A DNA stretch of 64,000 nucleotides from Smithellaceae bacterium (GTDB taxonomy: Bacteria; Desulfobacterota; Syntrophia; Syntrophales; Smithellaceae): NCBI GenBank assembly GCA_963667845.2, contig CAXXVL010000002.1, forward strand, positions 2,432,001 to 2,496,000. Reading direction: 5' to 3'. The translations under genes and the position numbers were made by a program. Of this stretch, positions 50,151 through 59,474 are shown in pieces; the stretch's first letter is position 1, and every line of letters begins with the position of its first letter. The notes under the pieces were generated by a model that did no database searches, had not been told where the DNA came from, and saw only the letters and a program-made list of their open reading frames with translations.

Positions 50151-51970
50151 TCCGTATGGATGATCGAAATAATGGATTGGTAAGTGTTGTTGAAATAAAG
50201 CAGATGTTTTTCTTTCAAACGATCCAGCGCGCGGCACACCGATCTTTCAACTGTTTTGGCATCATTTTCCGGTCCGAGTTTTTCGATCAGATCGCTGAGG
50301 TTCATGATCGTAGAATTTGTCAGCTGGAGAATGCGGTATTCCAGGTCGTTTAACGCAAGTTCGGTCACGGGCTCGCCGTCAAAGAACTCCCTGTAGATCA
50401 CGCACTGATCTTGCCGGGAAATGCTGTAACTGTAAGTGTGATCGTAATAAAAATCATTTATTTTGGAGAACAACGCCCAGAGATAATTGGGCTGCGCCGA
50501 GAAGTCGAACAGGGAAAATCGGTCGATGCCCTGAGTTAATTTATCGGGCAGGAGATAATAGATCGCATTCTCATCCCACTTCATTAATTTATCTTTCGCG
50601 ATCAGGTCATAGAAATCCGAATGCTTGGCGACCATCAACGGGATCAGGTTGTGGCGAAAAAGGTTCTTATCGAAAAAAAATCTCATAAAGTGCAGATTGT
50701 CAATGCTCTCCAGAATGTCGATATCGTCTTCACCTATTGACCCGCAGATAACGTTTGCTGAAGGAAGTTTGATCTTGCAGCGGCGGGCGAATTTAACGAA
50801 GAAGATATTGTCCGAAAAGTTGGTCCTTTTGTTCATCTTCATTAACAACCGGTCCGAAAGGGACTCGTAACCGAAATGGATCCTGTTAAATCCGGCACGG
50901 GGGAGCTTCTGCATGATTTCGGCTGTGAAATGTTTGGGGATGACCTCGGCAATGAATTGGATATCTTTGCGCTGCTTGATGGTGATCAGGTCATCGAGGA
51001 TTTTATCAAGCCGTTTCGGATCATTCGCCACGATATCATTATCCATGAAGGCAAAATTGCAGGTATTGTATTTATCAAGAAGGTAATGGATTTCTTCTTT
51101 TAATACTTCAGAATCTTTTTTGCGGTTTTTGTAACCTTCTCCGTAAACGCAGAACCGGCAGGCGTTCCAGGTGCACCCCCTGCTGGATTCAAGGGGCAGG
51201 ATCACCGCGGTGTCCCTTTTGTTTGACGCTTGAAGATAATGGAAGTAATCATCGTGAGCCGGGAATTTCCTGCTGTTCAGATCGTAAAATCCGCCCGCGT
51301 CCGTCTCTGAAGATTGCAGAGAACCCTCTTGGCGAAAGATCAACCGGGGAATAGAATTAAGATCCTTTGTTTGATCATCGATGGCTTGGCCCAGCTCCAG
51401 CAGGGGATATTCTCCTTCTCCCCAAATGGCAAAGTCCGCATCATTGGATATTTTCATGATAGCTTCCGCTTTACCACGGTTACGCAGTCCGCCCAGGACG
51501 ATCTTTGCGTTGGGGAAATCCTTCTTTAAGAATCTGCTGAGCATTATGCCGGCGATCCATTGTTCGTATTTACAGGATATCCCGAAGAGCAACTGATCAT
51601 CAGGTGAATAGCGGGAAAGCTCCTGTGCGGCTATGTCCTCGACTATTCTTTTGGTCCCCGCCAGATAATCACTGTTGTCGTTTAAGATGTCGTAAAGCGG
51701 CAGCTGTGATTTCATAAAGGCATTGGCTTTACTTTGCGCGATATCATCGTTGTGTTCCCCGGCGATCCAATAAAGGTAGGGCAGCAGATCGAAATGGATC
51801 ATATCGGTATCTTTTTCAAAGGCGGGCAAGAGCCCGTCTAGCAGTATGTTCCAGTAAATTATTCTTGTTTCAATATTATGTTGTCCCAGGAAGGACTGAA
51901 GGACCGACATCGCAGCCGACGGTGTGTCGATACGGGCGGGGGGCAGGACATTGAGGATTACTTTTATCAA
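50117..51970 (-). CDS. B12-binding radical SAM protein, RiPP methyltransferase-like
   Basis: PSAAMSVL, IVLGG, DFAIWGEGE, ESSRGCTWNACRFC and GYESLSD.LL.KMNK motifs; C-terminal wHTH-like region; TTG start. Confidence 0.85.
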   Translation of the reverse strand: MIKVILNVLPPARIDTPSAAMSVLQSFLGQHNIETRIIYWNILLDGLLPAFEKDTDMIHFDLLPYLYWIAGEHNDDIAQSKANAFMKSQLPLYDILNDNSDYLAGTKRIVEDIAAQELSRYSPDDQLLFGISCKYEQWIAGIMLSRFLKKDFPNAKIVLGGLRNRGKAEAIMKISNDADFAIWGEGEYPLLELGQAIDDQTKDLNSIPRLIFRQEGSLQSSETDAGGFYDLNSRKFPAHDDYFHYLQASNKRDTAVILPLESSRGCTWNACRFCVYGEGYKNRKKDSEVLKEEIHYLLDKYNTCNFAFMDNDIVANDPKRLDKILDDLITIKQRKDIQFIAEVIPKHFTAEIMQKLPRAGFNRIHFGYESLSDRLLMKMNKRTNFSDNIFFVKFARRCKIKLPSANVICGSIGEDDIDILESIDNLHFMRFFFDKNLFRHNLIPLMVAKHSDFYDLIAKDKLMKWDENAIYYLLPDKLTQGIDRFSLFDFSAQPNYLWALFSKINDFYYDHTYSYSISRQDQCVIYREFFDGEPVTELALNDLEYRILQLTNSTIMNLSDLIEKLGPENDAKTVERSVCRALDRLKEKHLLYFNNTYQSIISIIHTESTTSQQAAEN

Positions 51971-52342
51971 ACGAGTACCCTTATATGGTCTTTATCAGGA
52001 TCAAACATCCGGCAAATTAGAAACATGTAATAATGTGTTGATCCTGATTTGCGCTTATCATAGCGGCGCTTTAAAAAAGTTCTTTTCCCGGGCAAAAGGT
52101 ATAAGAAAATCGGCATTGTATGTCAATGAAATAATATGCTCGGTAGTCCGGGATATTGTTTTAATTCCTTCGGCAACCTAATATAGCAAATGATGTCATT
52201 GCGGGATCGGATTTTTTTCTTTCTGTGAGCGGCAAACGTCCGGTATAGATAAATTACAGGACTTCAAATCGCAACTATTGATATTACTTCCTGAAAATGA
52301 GATGGTTATAAGACTGGTCCTATAAAAGTGGAGGCGTATAAA

Positions 52343-52972
52343 ATGAAAGTATTATTGGTCAATGGAAGTCCAAACAAAAAAGGATGCACTTACACGGCGC
52401 TTCGCGAAGTGGAAAGCCAATTGAATACCTTTAATATTGAAACGGAGATATTCTATCTGGGAAAGAAACCGATAAGAGGATGCACGGCATGCGGAAAGTG
52501 CGCGGAAATAGAAAAATGTGTATTTGACGATGATGCTGTCAACGTTGCACTGGATAAAGGAAATAAGTCGGATGGTTTTATCTTCGGCTGTCCCGTCCAT
52601 TATGCCGGGGTTTCCGGTTTCATAAAATCATTCTTAGACCGATGCTTTTTTTCCGGCAGCAATGTGTTTGCCTATAAACCGGGCGCGGCAGTCGTAAGCT
52701 GCCGCAGGGCCGGTTCCACCGCGGCACTCGAACAGCTGAATAAATATTTTTCTATCAACAATATGCCGATTGTGTCATCCCAGTACTGGAATATGGTACA
52801 TGGCAACACGCCTGCGGAAGTATTACAGGATCTTGAAGGATTGCAGACCATGCGAACGCTCGGCCGAAATATGGCGTGGCTTCTGAAATCACTGGAAGCG
52901 GGCAAAAAAGCAGGGGTAGTCCTGCCTGAATTGGAAGAGAGGATATGGACAAATGTCATTAGAGAGCAGTAA
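52343..52972 (+). CDS. flavodoxin family / iron-sulfur flavoprotein
   Basis: NGSP..GCT, CTACGKC..C, PVHY and WNMVHG..QDLEG.QTMR.LG.NMAW motifs. Confidence 0.9.
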   Translation: MKVLLVNGSPNKKGCTYTALREVESQLNTFNIETEIFYLGKKPIRGCTACGKCAEIEKCVFDDDAVNVALDKGNKSDGFIFGCPVHYAGVSGFIKSFLDRCFFSGSNVFAYKPGAAVVSCRRAGSTAALEQLNKYFSINNMPIVSSQYWNMVHGNTPAEVLQDLEGLQTMRTLGRNMAWLLKSLEAGKKAGVVLPELEERIWTNVIREQ

Positions 52973-53097
52973 GATTGACGCGGTACGGAATCAGGCGGCA
53001 GAATTGGGGTGAAATCTTTAGTATTCACAATTCATCCAATTTAAAATCCGGATGCGCACCACCGGAGCGCGGGCGCCGGATGTTTCAGCTATTTTAC

Positions 53098-53148
53098 TTG
53101 CAAAATATTTCTAAATATATATAATTAACATAAGGGATAATTATATAT
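53098..53148 (+). promoter_or_regulatory. promoter and inverted repeat upstream of the AbiE pair
   Basis: TTGCAA-16-TATAAT; ATATATAATTA...TAATTATATAT inverted repeat at 53117-53148. Confidence 0.5.
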
Positions 53149-53743
53149 GCTTAGTAAAAATATAGCCAAATTACAGGAATTAAGCAAAAAACCTTATTTT
53201 ACCCTGAGTGATGTGGCTCAGAGTTTCGGCCTTCCACCGGCCTCCGCCCGCGTAGTGTGCAGCCGTTATGTCCGGCAGGGAGTGCTGGTCAGACTTAAAA
53301 ACAGTTTTTACACAACAACCTGGAAATGGGACGCTCTGACGCGCCGGGATTTGTTTGAAATCGCCAATGTATTGCAGGTTCCTTCTTATATTTCTCTCAT
53401 GACGGCCCTGGCGTATCACAACGTGACAACACAGGCGCAGAGCAATTATCAGGAAAGCGTCTGCCTGAAACGTTCGATTGTTTACGATATCCGGGACGCC
53501 GTTTTCAACTATGTCAAATTGCAGAGCCGATACTACGGTGGCTTCATCAAGGTGGACGGCGTATTTATCGCCGACAAAGAAAAAGCGTTTCTGGATGCGG
53601 TCTATCTTTACTCGTTCGGCAAATATAAGTTCGATATCGATTCGCTGGACATGAAAAAACTCGAATTGAAGAAACTAAAGAGTCTTTCAAAAGGGTATCC
53701 TGAAAAAACTAAAGAAACGGTGAAAAGGCTGTGCGGGATTTAA
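53147..53743 (+). CDS. AbiEi-like antitoxin
   Basis: wHTH LVRLKNSFY; PSYISLMTAL; IADKEKAFLD motifs. Confidence 0.8.
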   Translation: MLSKNIAKLQELSKKPYFTLSDVAQSFGLPPASARVVCSRYVRQGVLVRLKNSFYTTTWKWDALTRRDLFEIANVLQVPSYISLMTALAYHNVTTQAQSNYQESVCLKRSIVYDIRDAVFNYVKLQSRYYGGFIKVDGVFIADKEKAFLDAVYLYSFGKYKFDIDSLDMKKLELKKLKSLSKGYPEKTKETVKRLCGI

Positions 53744-54402
53744 TTCAACATGAGCAATTTGAGCTGGAAGTGCTGGATAGGCTCAACAGCGGAAGATTTT
53801 TGGCCAACCTTGTTTTCGGCGGCGGCACCATGCTGCGCTTATGCCATGGCCTGGATCGCTATTCGGTTGATCTGGATTTCTGGGTTATGAAAGATATCGA
53901 CTGGACGAAATATTATCGCAGGATGGAAAGATACTTACTGCAATTTTATACGCTTGCCGATGCCGCAAACAAGCATTTCACGATTCTATTCGAATTGAAG
54001 TCGCCGCAATATCCCAGAGCTCTAAAAATAGAAATTCGTAAAGAAAAGAAGATGATCAGGACCGAAACCAGTATCGCTTACAGCCCAAACTCCAATGTTC
54101 AGGTTTTGCTGAATACCGTGGCGCTTCCAGACATGATGACGTCAAAGATTGAGGCCTTCCTCAGCCGCAGAGAAATCCGCGACGCATACGATATTGAGTT
54201 CTTACTAAAAAAAGGCTTACCCCTTGCCGCTGAAAATGCAATTCTGGTCAAACTGCAAGACGGTTTGGAAAAGCTGGGAAAGAAAGATTATTCCGTGAAG
54301 TTGGGATCGTTGCTCGATGCATCTGTACGGAAATATTACATGGAAAATGGTTTCCGTATTCTAAAAACGAGCCTTCGAGACAAACTTACGGAAGCGGGGT
54401 GA
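53731..54402 (+). CDS. AbiEii/AbiGii nucleotidyltransferase toxin
   Basis: FGGGT..RYSVDLDF; LKIEI; SKI; RDAYD motifs; overlaps the antitoxin stop. Confidence 0.9.
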   Translation: MRDLIQHEQFELEVLDRLNSGRFLANLVFGGGTMLRLCHGLDRYSVDLDFWVMKDIDWTKYYRRMERYLLQFYTLADAANKHFTILFELKSPQYPRALKIEIRKEKKMIRTETSIAYSPNSNVQVLLNTVALPDMMTSKIEAFLSRREIRDAYDIEFLLKKGLPLAAENAILVKLQDGLEKLGKKDYSVKLGSLLDASVRKYYMENGFRILKTSLRDKLTEAG

Positions 54403-54508
54403 AATTTTTAATCTTGACAATTCAGCGTCAGAAAACAGTTTATGGATTATTGGCGTGGTTTCTATACCACGGGGCAATAAGATGCCGGCAGCGGCGGGGA
54501 GGTGAATG

Positions 54509-54838
54509 ATGGCCTATGATACTGGGTTGGCGCAGAGAGTGCGCGAGATATTAGAGGAAGAGCCGGGGGTTGAGGAAAAGAAGATGTTCGGCGGATTGTG
54601 CTTTTTGCTTTCCGGCAACATGGTCTGCGGCATTATCAAGGATGACCTGATTGTCCGCGTCGGCGCCGAACAATATCAGGCAATGCTCCTGGTGCCTCAT
54701 ACCAGAAAGTTTGAGATCACCGGAAGACCGCTCACCGGGTGGGTGATGGTTTTAGCCAGAGCGCTGGATGATGACGATGACCTGGGCGACTGGCTGCGAA
54801 GAGCCGTAACTTTTGTCCGGACCCTGCCGCCGAAATAA
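54509..54838 (+). CDS. TfoX/Sxy N-terminal domain protein
   Basis: MAYD..LAQRVRE..EKKMFGGLCF..GNM..GWV..LPPK pattern. Confidence 0.85.
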   Translation: MAYDTGLAQRVREILEEEPGVEEKKMFGGLCFLLSGNMVCGIIKDDLIVRVGAEQYQAMLLVPHTRKFEITGRPLTGWVMVLARALDDDDDLGDWLRRAVTFVRTLPPK

Positions 54839-54927
54839 ATGCCGGCATCTCCGGAAATTGGATCAAGTCTTTGCTTACGACATTTCGAGCAGGAAGAAAG
54901 TTTCGGCAAACGGGAGATGATTCGGAT

Positions 54928-55464
54928 ATGAATTCAAAACTGGCAATCGGGGATAAAGCTCCGGACTTTAAATTCGCAACACCCTGGGACAAGGAGATCA
55001 ATCTTTATGAGGATGCCGGCAATCACCCGGCTATTTTGATTTTTCTGCGCTATTACGGCTGCCCGGTTTGCCAGATGGAAATGGCAAACATGAAGCGGGA
55101 GATCGATCTGGTCGCGCGAAAGGGGGCGCGTCTTTTTGTGGTGCTGCAAAGTGAACCGGAAACGATTGCTGCGTTAATCAGAAAAGTTGATTTCCCCTTC
55201 ACGATTATTTGCGACCCGCAGGGAAAAATTTTCCAGCGCTATGGCGTGGAAGCCGGCGGCTGGATCAAGTACCTGCATCCGGCCGGTTTGCTGGCCGCAA
55301 TCAAAGCCATCGGCCGCGGCTTTGGGCATGGTAAATTTGAAGGTCGGGAAACGCAGCTTCCGGCAGCCTTTGCGATAACGGCGAACAGGCTGATCACCTA
55401 TGCGTATTATGGAAAGAACATCGCCGATGTGCCGCCGCTCTCGGAAGTGATCAGCGGCATTTAA
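54928..55464 (+). CDS. AhpC/TSA peroxiredoxin-like redoxin
   Basis: IGDKAPDF; FLRYYGCPVC; QLPAAF motifs. Confidence 0.8.
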   Translation: MNSKLAIGDKAPDFKFATPWDKEINLYEDAGNHPAILIFLRYYGCPVCQMEMANMKREIDLVARKGARLFVVLQSEPETIAALIRKVDFPFTIICDPQGKIFQRYGVEAGGWIKYLHPAGLLAAIKAIGRGFGHGKFEGRETQLPAAFAITANRLITYAYYGKNIADVPPLSEVISGI

Positions 55465-55682
55465 TCCCGCAGGAATGGGCCAATTCCAGGATGTGGATGG
55501 ATTTGGAATTTGTTATTTGTGTGTGATGATGATGTGGGCAGGCGGCAGCTGCACAGTGCTGCCGGAGAGTGATCATAGAAGAATGTTGTGTTAAAAATAT
55601 CGACGCGGTTTACTGACATCATCATCGCGGGCAAAAGGTTCAATTTGCTGCCCGACATCGTATCGCACAAGGAACAGAAATT

Positions 55683-56246
55683 ATGAAAGAACTGGATTAC
55701 GCACTTATGCTCCTCAAGGACGGGAAGATTGAAGCGGTCAAAGAAGCGCTGGCCGATATTCTCCAGTCCGACCCGCAAAACCGGGAAGCCCTCTTCAATC
55801 TCGGCATTTGCTACAGCGAACTGGGCAATCCTGAAAAAGCCGTCCAGACGCTCTCCGATTGCGTAAAGCATCATCCCGATGACGCGGAAGCTTATGCGAC
55901 TCTGGGCTATGCCCATTCCATGCTTCAGCAAAACAGTCAGGCTAAGGAAGATTTCCTGAAGGCGCTGGCGATCGATCCGACAAATTCGTATGCCTTGCGC
56001 AATCTGGGTAATTTGTATGGAATGGAGAAGGATTTCAATAGAGCCATCGAATGCCTTGAAAAATCATTTGCGGCCGATCCGATCGATCAGCACACCGCCT
56101 ATGGCATCGGGTATGCGTATTTTCAGACGGGAAAACTAGACCTCGCTGAAAAATATCTTGGTACAGCCATCGACCTCGACAGGTCAACCCAGCTTGCCGA
56201 AAGGGCAATGGAACTCCTGCGCGACATTACCGAAATCAACCGCTGA
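55683..56246 (+). CDS. tetratricopeptide repeat protein
   Basis: Successive TPR motifs (ALFNLG, AYATLG, ALRNLG, AYGIG). Confidence 0.9.
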   Translation: MKELDYALMLLKDGKIEAVKEALADILQSDPQNREALFNLGICYSELGNPEKAVQTLSDCVKHHPDDAEAYATLGYAHSMLQQNSQAKEDFLKALAIDPTNSYALRNLGNLYGMEKDFNRAIECLEKSFAADPIDQHTAYGIGYAYFQTGKLDLAEKYLGTAIDLDRSTQLAERAMELLRDITEINR

Positions 56247-56254
56247 CGAAAATA

Positions 56255-56353
56255 TTCAACCACGTCGCAGCAAGCTGTCGATGTATGAAATGAACGTTAT
56301 TATATCTCAGCAATCTGCGAAGAGTTAACGCTCGTCCCGCAATAGCGAGATTA
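56255..56353 (-). repeat. ~98-bp dispersed palindromic element, long copy, inverted
   Basis: Reverse complement TAATCTCGCTATTGCGGGACGAGCGTTAACTC...ATAATAACGTTCATTTCATACATCGACAGCTTGCTGCGACGTGGTTGAA. Confidence 0.85.
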
Positions 56354-56582
56354 AAATTCAGTTTTCGATCTGCTGTTCGCCGTCACGTGAGCTCCAGGGG
56401 CAAATTCCTTTGATTGACTCGACGCTGGCATTTTAGTGCACAATGCATTATCATCATTTCGGATTCCGGCACTCCATTGACGCCTGTAACGTTTACGAAT
56501 GCCCTGATGGGGAATCCGGGTGTTATCAAAGTGGAGTCAAGATTGACCCTTGTTTCTGATGAACCATCGAAAGGTGTTTCGC

Positions 56583-57773
56583 ATGAAAAAGACCTTATGG
56601 ATTATCGGGATTCTCCTGATTTTGTGCTGGTGCGCCGCGGGCTGTTCCAGTCAGTTGAGTTCCAATTTAGAACTGATCCGCACGTATGAAGGGGGCGCTC
56701 TATACAGAGCCGGCGCCGTCAATGTCCTCTCACTGAGGGGCACGCATTATCAGATGGGCCGTCAGTATGGGATGCTGATGAAAGACGAAATGAATGCCCT
56801 GTATGCTCTGGCCGTATCGAAATACAGTGTGTGGATAACCGAAGCCCGTATGCTAGAGGTTGCGAATGCTTATTATGCCAATTTCCCCCCGAAATACAGA
56901 GAGGTGATTGCCGGGATGGCCCAAACGTCGGGATTGGGCCTCGATCGGCAGATCGTCGTCAATGGAATCGAAATCATCCAGAAAATAAACAGTATCGTGC
57001 CCGCGTCGCACTGCACAGGGCTGGTTGTCTGGGGCGATTATACGAGCGGCGGTCCCTTGATCTTCGGCCGCAGCAACGATGATCATCCTTTTTTCAGAAA
57101 TTTCGGGGGCTACGTCGTCGTTGCCGTGTTTAATCCGACGGACGGAGGCATTCCGACGGCAGTCATCAACTATGCCGGTGCGATTTACGCCCCGACGGCG
57201 CTTAACCGGTACGGCATCTTTATGGAAATCAACAGCGGCAATTCTCCGGGAGGCTTCAAGCTGGACCGGAAGCCCACCGTTGTTTCCATGTTCGAATTCC
57301 TGCAGAGCTGTTCGACGCTGGCCCAGGTTAATGAGGCCTTTCAGACCATGCAGGCGGATATTTCCTCGATTGTGAATGTATCCGATCTCCACGGTGTCTA
57401 TAGTTTTGAATGCTCGCTTAGCGCCATGAAACGCGCATCCGTCGATCCGGAAGGACTGCTTGTTTCAACCAATCATTTTCTCGATCCTTCGTGGGGGCTC
57501 AGTCCGCCCACGCCGGATAAAGATGCCGAGAACGGCTGGACGGTCGCGCGCAGAACGAACGGACTTGCCTGGGCCGCAGTTCAAAGGGGGCAGGCCACTG
57601 TTGAGCGAATGATGGAGATCATGTCGAAAGAAATCGTCACGGAAAAAGGACTCCACAATAATACCAGTACCATCTTTCAGGTCGTTGCCGTACCGGAGGC
57701 CCTCACGATTTGGCTGAGGGCCCCCGAGCACTTCGAATGGCAGAAGATTGAATTGGGCGGACTTTTTTATTGA
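56583..57773 (+). CDS. C45 family (AAT, Ntn-hydrolase) peptidase lipoprotein
   Basis: Lipobox AAGC; GT.YQMG.QYG; HCTG nucleophile; GRSND; TNHF motifs. Confidence 0.8.
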   Translation: MKKTLWIIGILLILCWCAAGCSSQLSSNLELIRTYEGGALYRAGAVNVLSLRGTHYQMGRQYGMLMKDEMNALYALAVSKYSVWITEARMLEVANAYYANFPPKYREVIAGMAQTSGLGLDRQIVVNGIEIIQKINSIVPASHCTGLVVWGDYTSGGPLIFGRSNDDHPFFRNFGGYVVVAVFNPTDGGIPTAVINYAGAIYAPTALNRYGIFMEINSGNSPGGFKLDRKPTVVSMFEFLQSCSTLAQVNEAFQTMQADISSIVNVSDLHGVYSFECSLSAMKRASVDPEGLLVSTNHFLDPSWGLSPPTPDKDAENGWTVARRTNGLAWAAVQRGQATVERMMEIMSKEIVTEKGLHNNTSTIFQVVAVPEALTIWLRAPEHFEWQKIELGGLFY

Positions 57774-57878
57774 TGCACCTTCGTCCCCTGGTCATTCATC
57801 TTCTTGATGATCCGGCCTTGACAAAGCGCGGCCTGCATTTATACTCTAATCCAAAATAATCATTAGCAAGGTGAAGCC

Positions 57879-58811
57879 ATGCCATTTGTCAGACCCGTAA
57901 TTATCCGTCCCCCCAGCGAACACGACAGTTATTATCTTCCGTTGACTTCGGGATGTTCGAACAATTCGTGTACCTTCTGCAACTTTTCCTTTTCCCGTCT
58001 CGGCATCCGTGATCTGGAAGACGTCAAGCAGGAAATCGATGCCATGTCCGTGTATGTGAGTCGCGGCATTTGGGTGCCGGGCCAGCCCCGGATTGTCTAT
58101 GCGATATTGCAGGAATGGAACGGAAAGAAAGTTTTTCTTCAGGATGGCGACGCCCTGGTCTACCCCTATCCCAAATTGCTTGAGGCTCTGGAGTATCTTA
58201 ACCAGAAGTTCCCGAAAATTCAGCGCATCGCCAGCTACGCCACGCCGCAGGACATTCTGAGGCGCTCGGTCGAGGAATTGAAGGCGCTCAAGGAGCAGAA
58301 GCTGGGCATTCTGTATATGGGCGTGGAAAGCGGGGATGACGAAGTGCTGAAGCGGATTCAGAAAAACGCGACTCACGAGCAGATGGTGGAAGCCGCCAAA
58401 AAAGTGAAGGAAGCGGGCATCCTGCTCTCTATGACGGTGATCCTGGGCTTGGGCGGAGTGAAGGGCTCGGCAAAGCATGTGGCGGAGACGGCGAGGATTC
58501 TGACAGAAATGGACCCGGACTTTGCCGGAGCGCTGACCCTGACGCTGATTCCCGGGACGGGGCTTTACAAGGAATGGGAGCGCGGCGAGTTTGAGCTGAT
58601 CACGCCGTTTGATTCTTTGCGGGAGCTCAAAAGTCTTGTCGAGAATTCAACGTTTACCAATTGTTTTTTCAGCTCGATGCATGCGTCCAATTATTTTGCG
58701 ATCCGGGGGACGATGCCCAAAGACAAGGAAAAAATTCTCAAACAGTTAAATACCTTATTGTCCCGGAAAGATCCTCACCTGCTCAGACCGGAATTTATGC
58801 GCGGGCTGTAG
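57879..58811 (+). CDS. radical SAM protein of unknown function
   Basis: RPPSE..S; GCSNNSCTFC; FLQDGDAL; GVESG; HASNY motifs. Confidence 0.9.
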   Translation: MPFVRPVIIRPPSEHDSYYLPLTSGCSNNSCTFCNFSFSRLGIRDLEDVKQEIDAMSVYVSRGIWVPGQPRIVYAILQEWNGKKVFLQDGDALVYPYPKLLEALEYLNQKFPKIQRIASYATPQDILRRSVEELKALKEQKLGILYMGVESGDDEVLKRIQKNATHEQMVEAAKKVKEAGILLSMTVILGLGGVKGSAKHVAETARILTEMDPDFAGALTLTLIPGTGLYKEWERGEFELITPFDSLRELKSLVENSTFTNCFFSSMHASNYFAIRGTMPKDKEKILKQLNTLLSRKDPHLLRPEFMRGL

Positions 58812-58845
58812 GGATTGCCGCGCCCAACAAAAAGGAAGGGGTACG

Positions 58846-59181
58846 ATGAAAAAAACAATTTTAGCGTTTCTGAAAGAGATGCTTCCCGTAATCGTTGCCG
58901 TGGTTTTTGCGGTTTCCGTATCGGGTTGCCAGAGCAAGGAAGAAGGCCCCATGGAAAAAGTGGGCAAGGAAATCGATCAAAAAGTTAACGCGGCAAAAGA
59001 GAAGGTGACTGAAACGGCCGAAAAGGTGAAAGAAGCCGCAGAAAAGTCTGTTGAAGCGGCCAAGGAAACTGCACAGAAGACGGGCGAAGCGGTAAAGGAA
59101 GGTGCAGAGAAGACAAAAGAAGCGGTGAAAGAAGGCGCCGGGAAAACGAAAGATGCCATGGAGGACACAACAAAGAAATAA
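58846..59181 (+). CDS. small lipoprotein with Lys/Glu/Ala-rich LEA-like repeats
   Basis: Lipobox VSGC; EGPMEKVGKEID; about 11-aa periodic repeats. Confidence 0.75.
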   Translation: MKKTILAFLKEMLPVIVAVVFAVSVSGCQSKEEGPMEKVGKEIDQKVNAAKEKVTETAEKVKEAAEKSVEAAKETAQKTGEAVKEGAEKTKEAVKEGAGKTKDAMEDTTKK

Positions 59182-59474
59182 TTTGTTCTGCAGGGCGACG
59201 TTCCTGTGGGAATAACAGAACCGACGCCTCTGCTTTATTTGATGATCGCTCAGGTTGCAGCGATCACCGGGGACGATTCTTGTGTGATCTCTCGCCCGGG
59301 GTTCGCGCCTTCGTACTGTGACACTCTGACTGCCCTGAGGCAGACGCATCGGGGTCAAATCTCATCTCCAGAATTTCTCATGAAAAATCAATTGCATTGC
59401 GGCTGCCGAATTCACGTTGTCTGACCTATCAAAAGAGGCTATACTCCCCAAAAATTAGCGCAAGGACAAAGACC

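Noticed and set aside
57879..58811. Fourth radical SAM gene as part of the RiPP cluster
   Set aside because: About 6 kb away, host-like composition, a common stand-alone family, no SPASM or RRE region.
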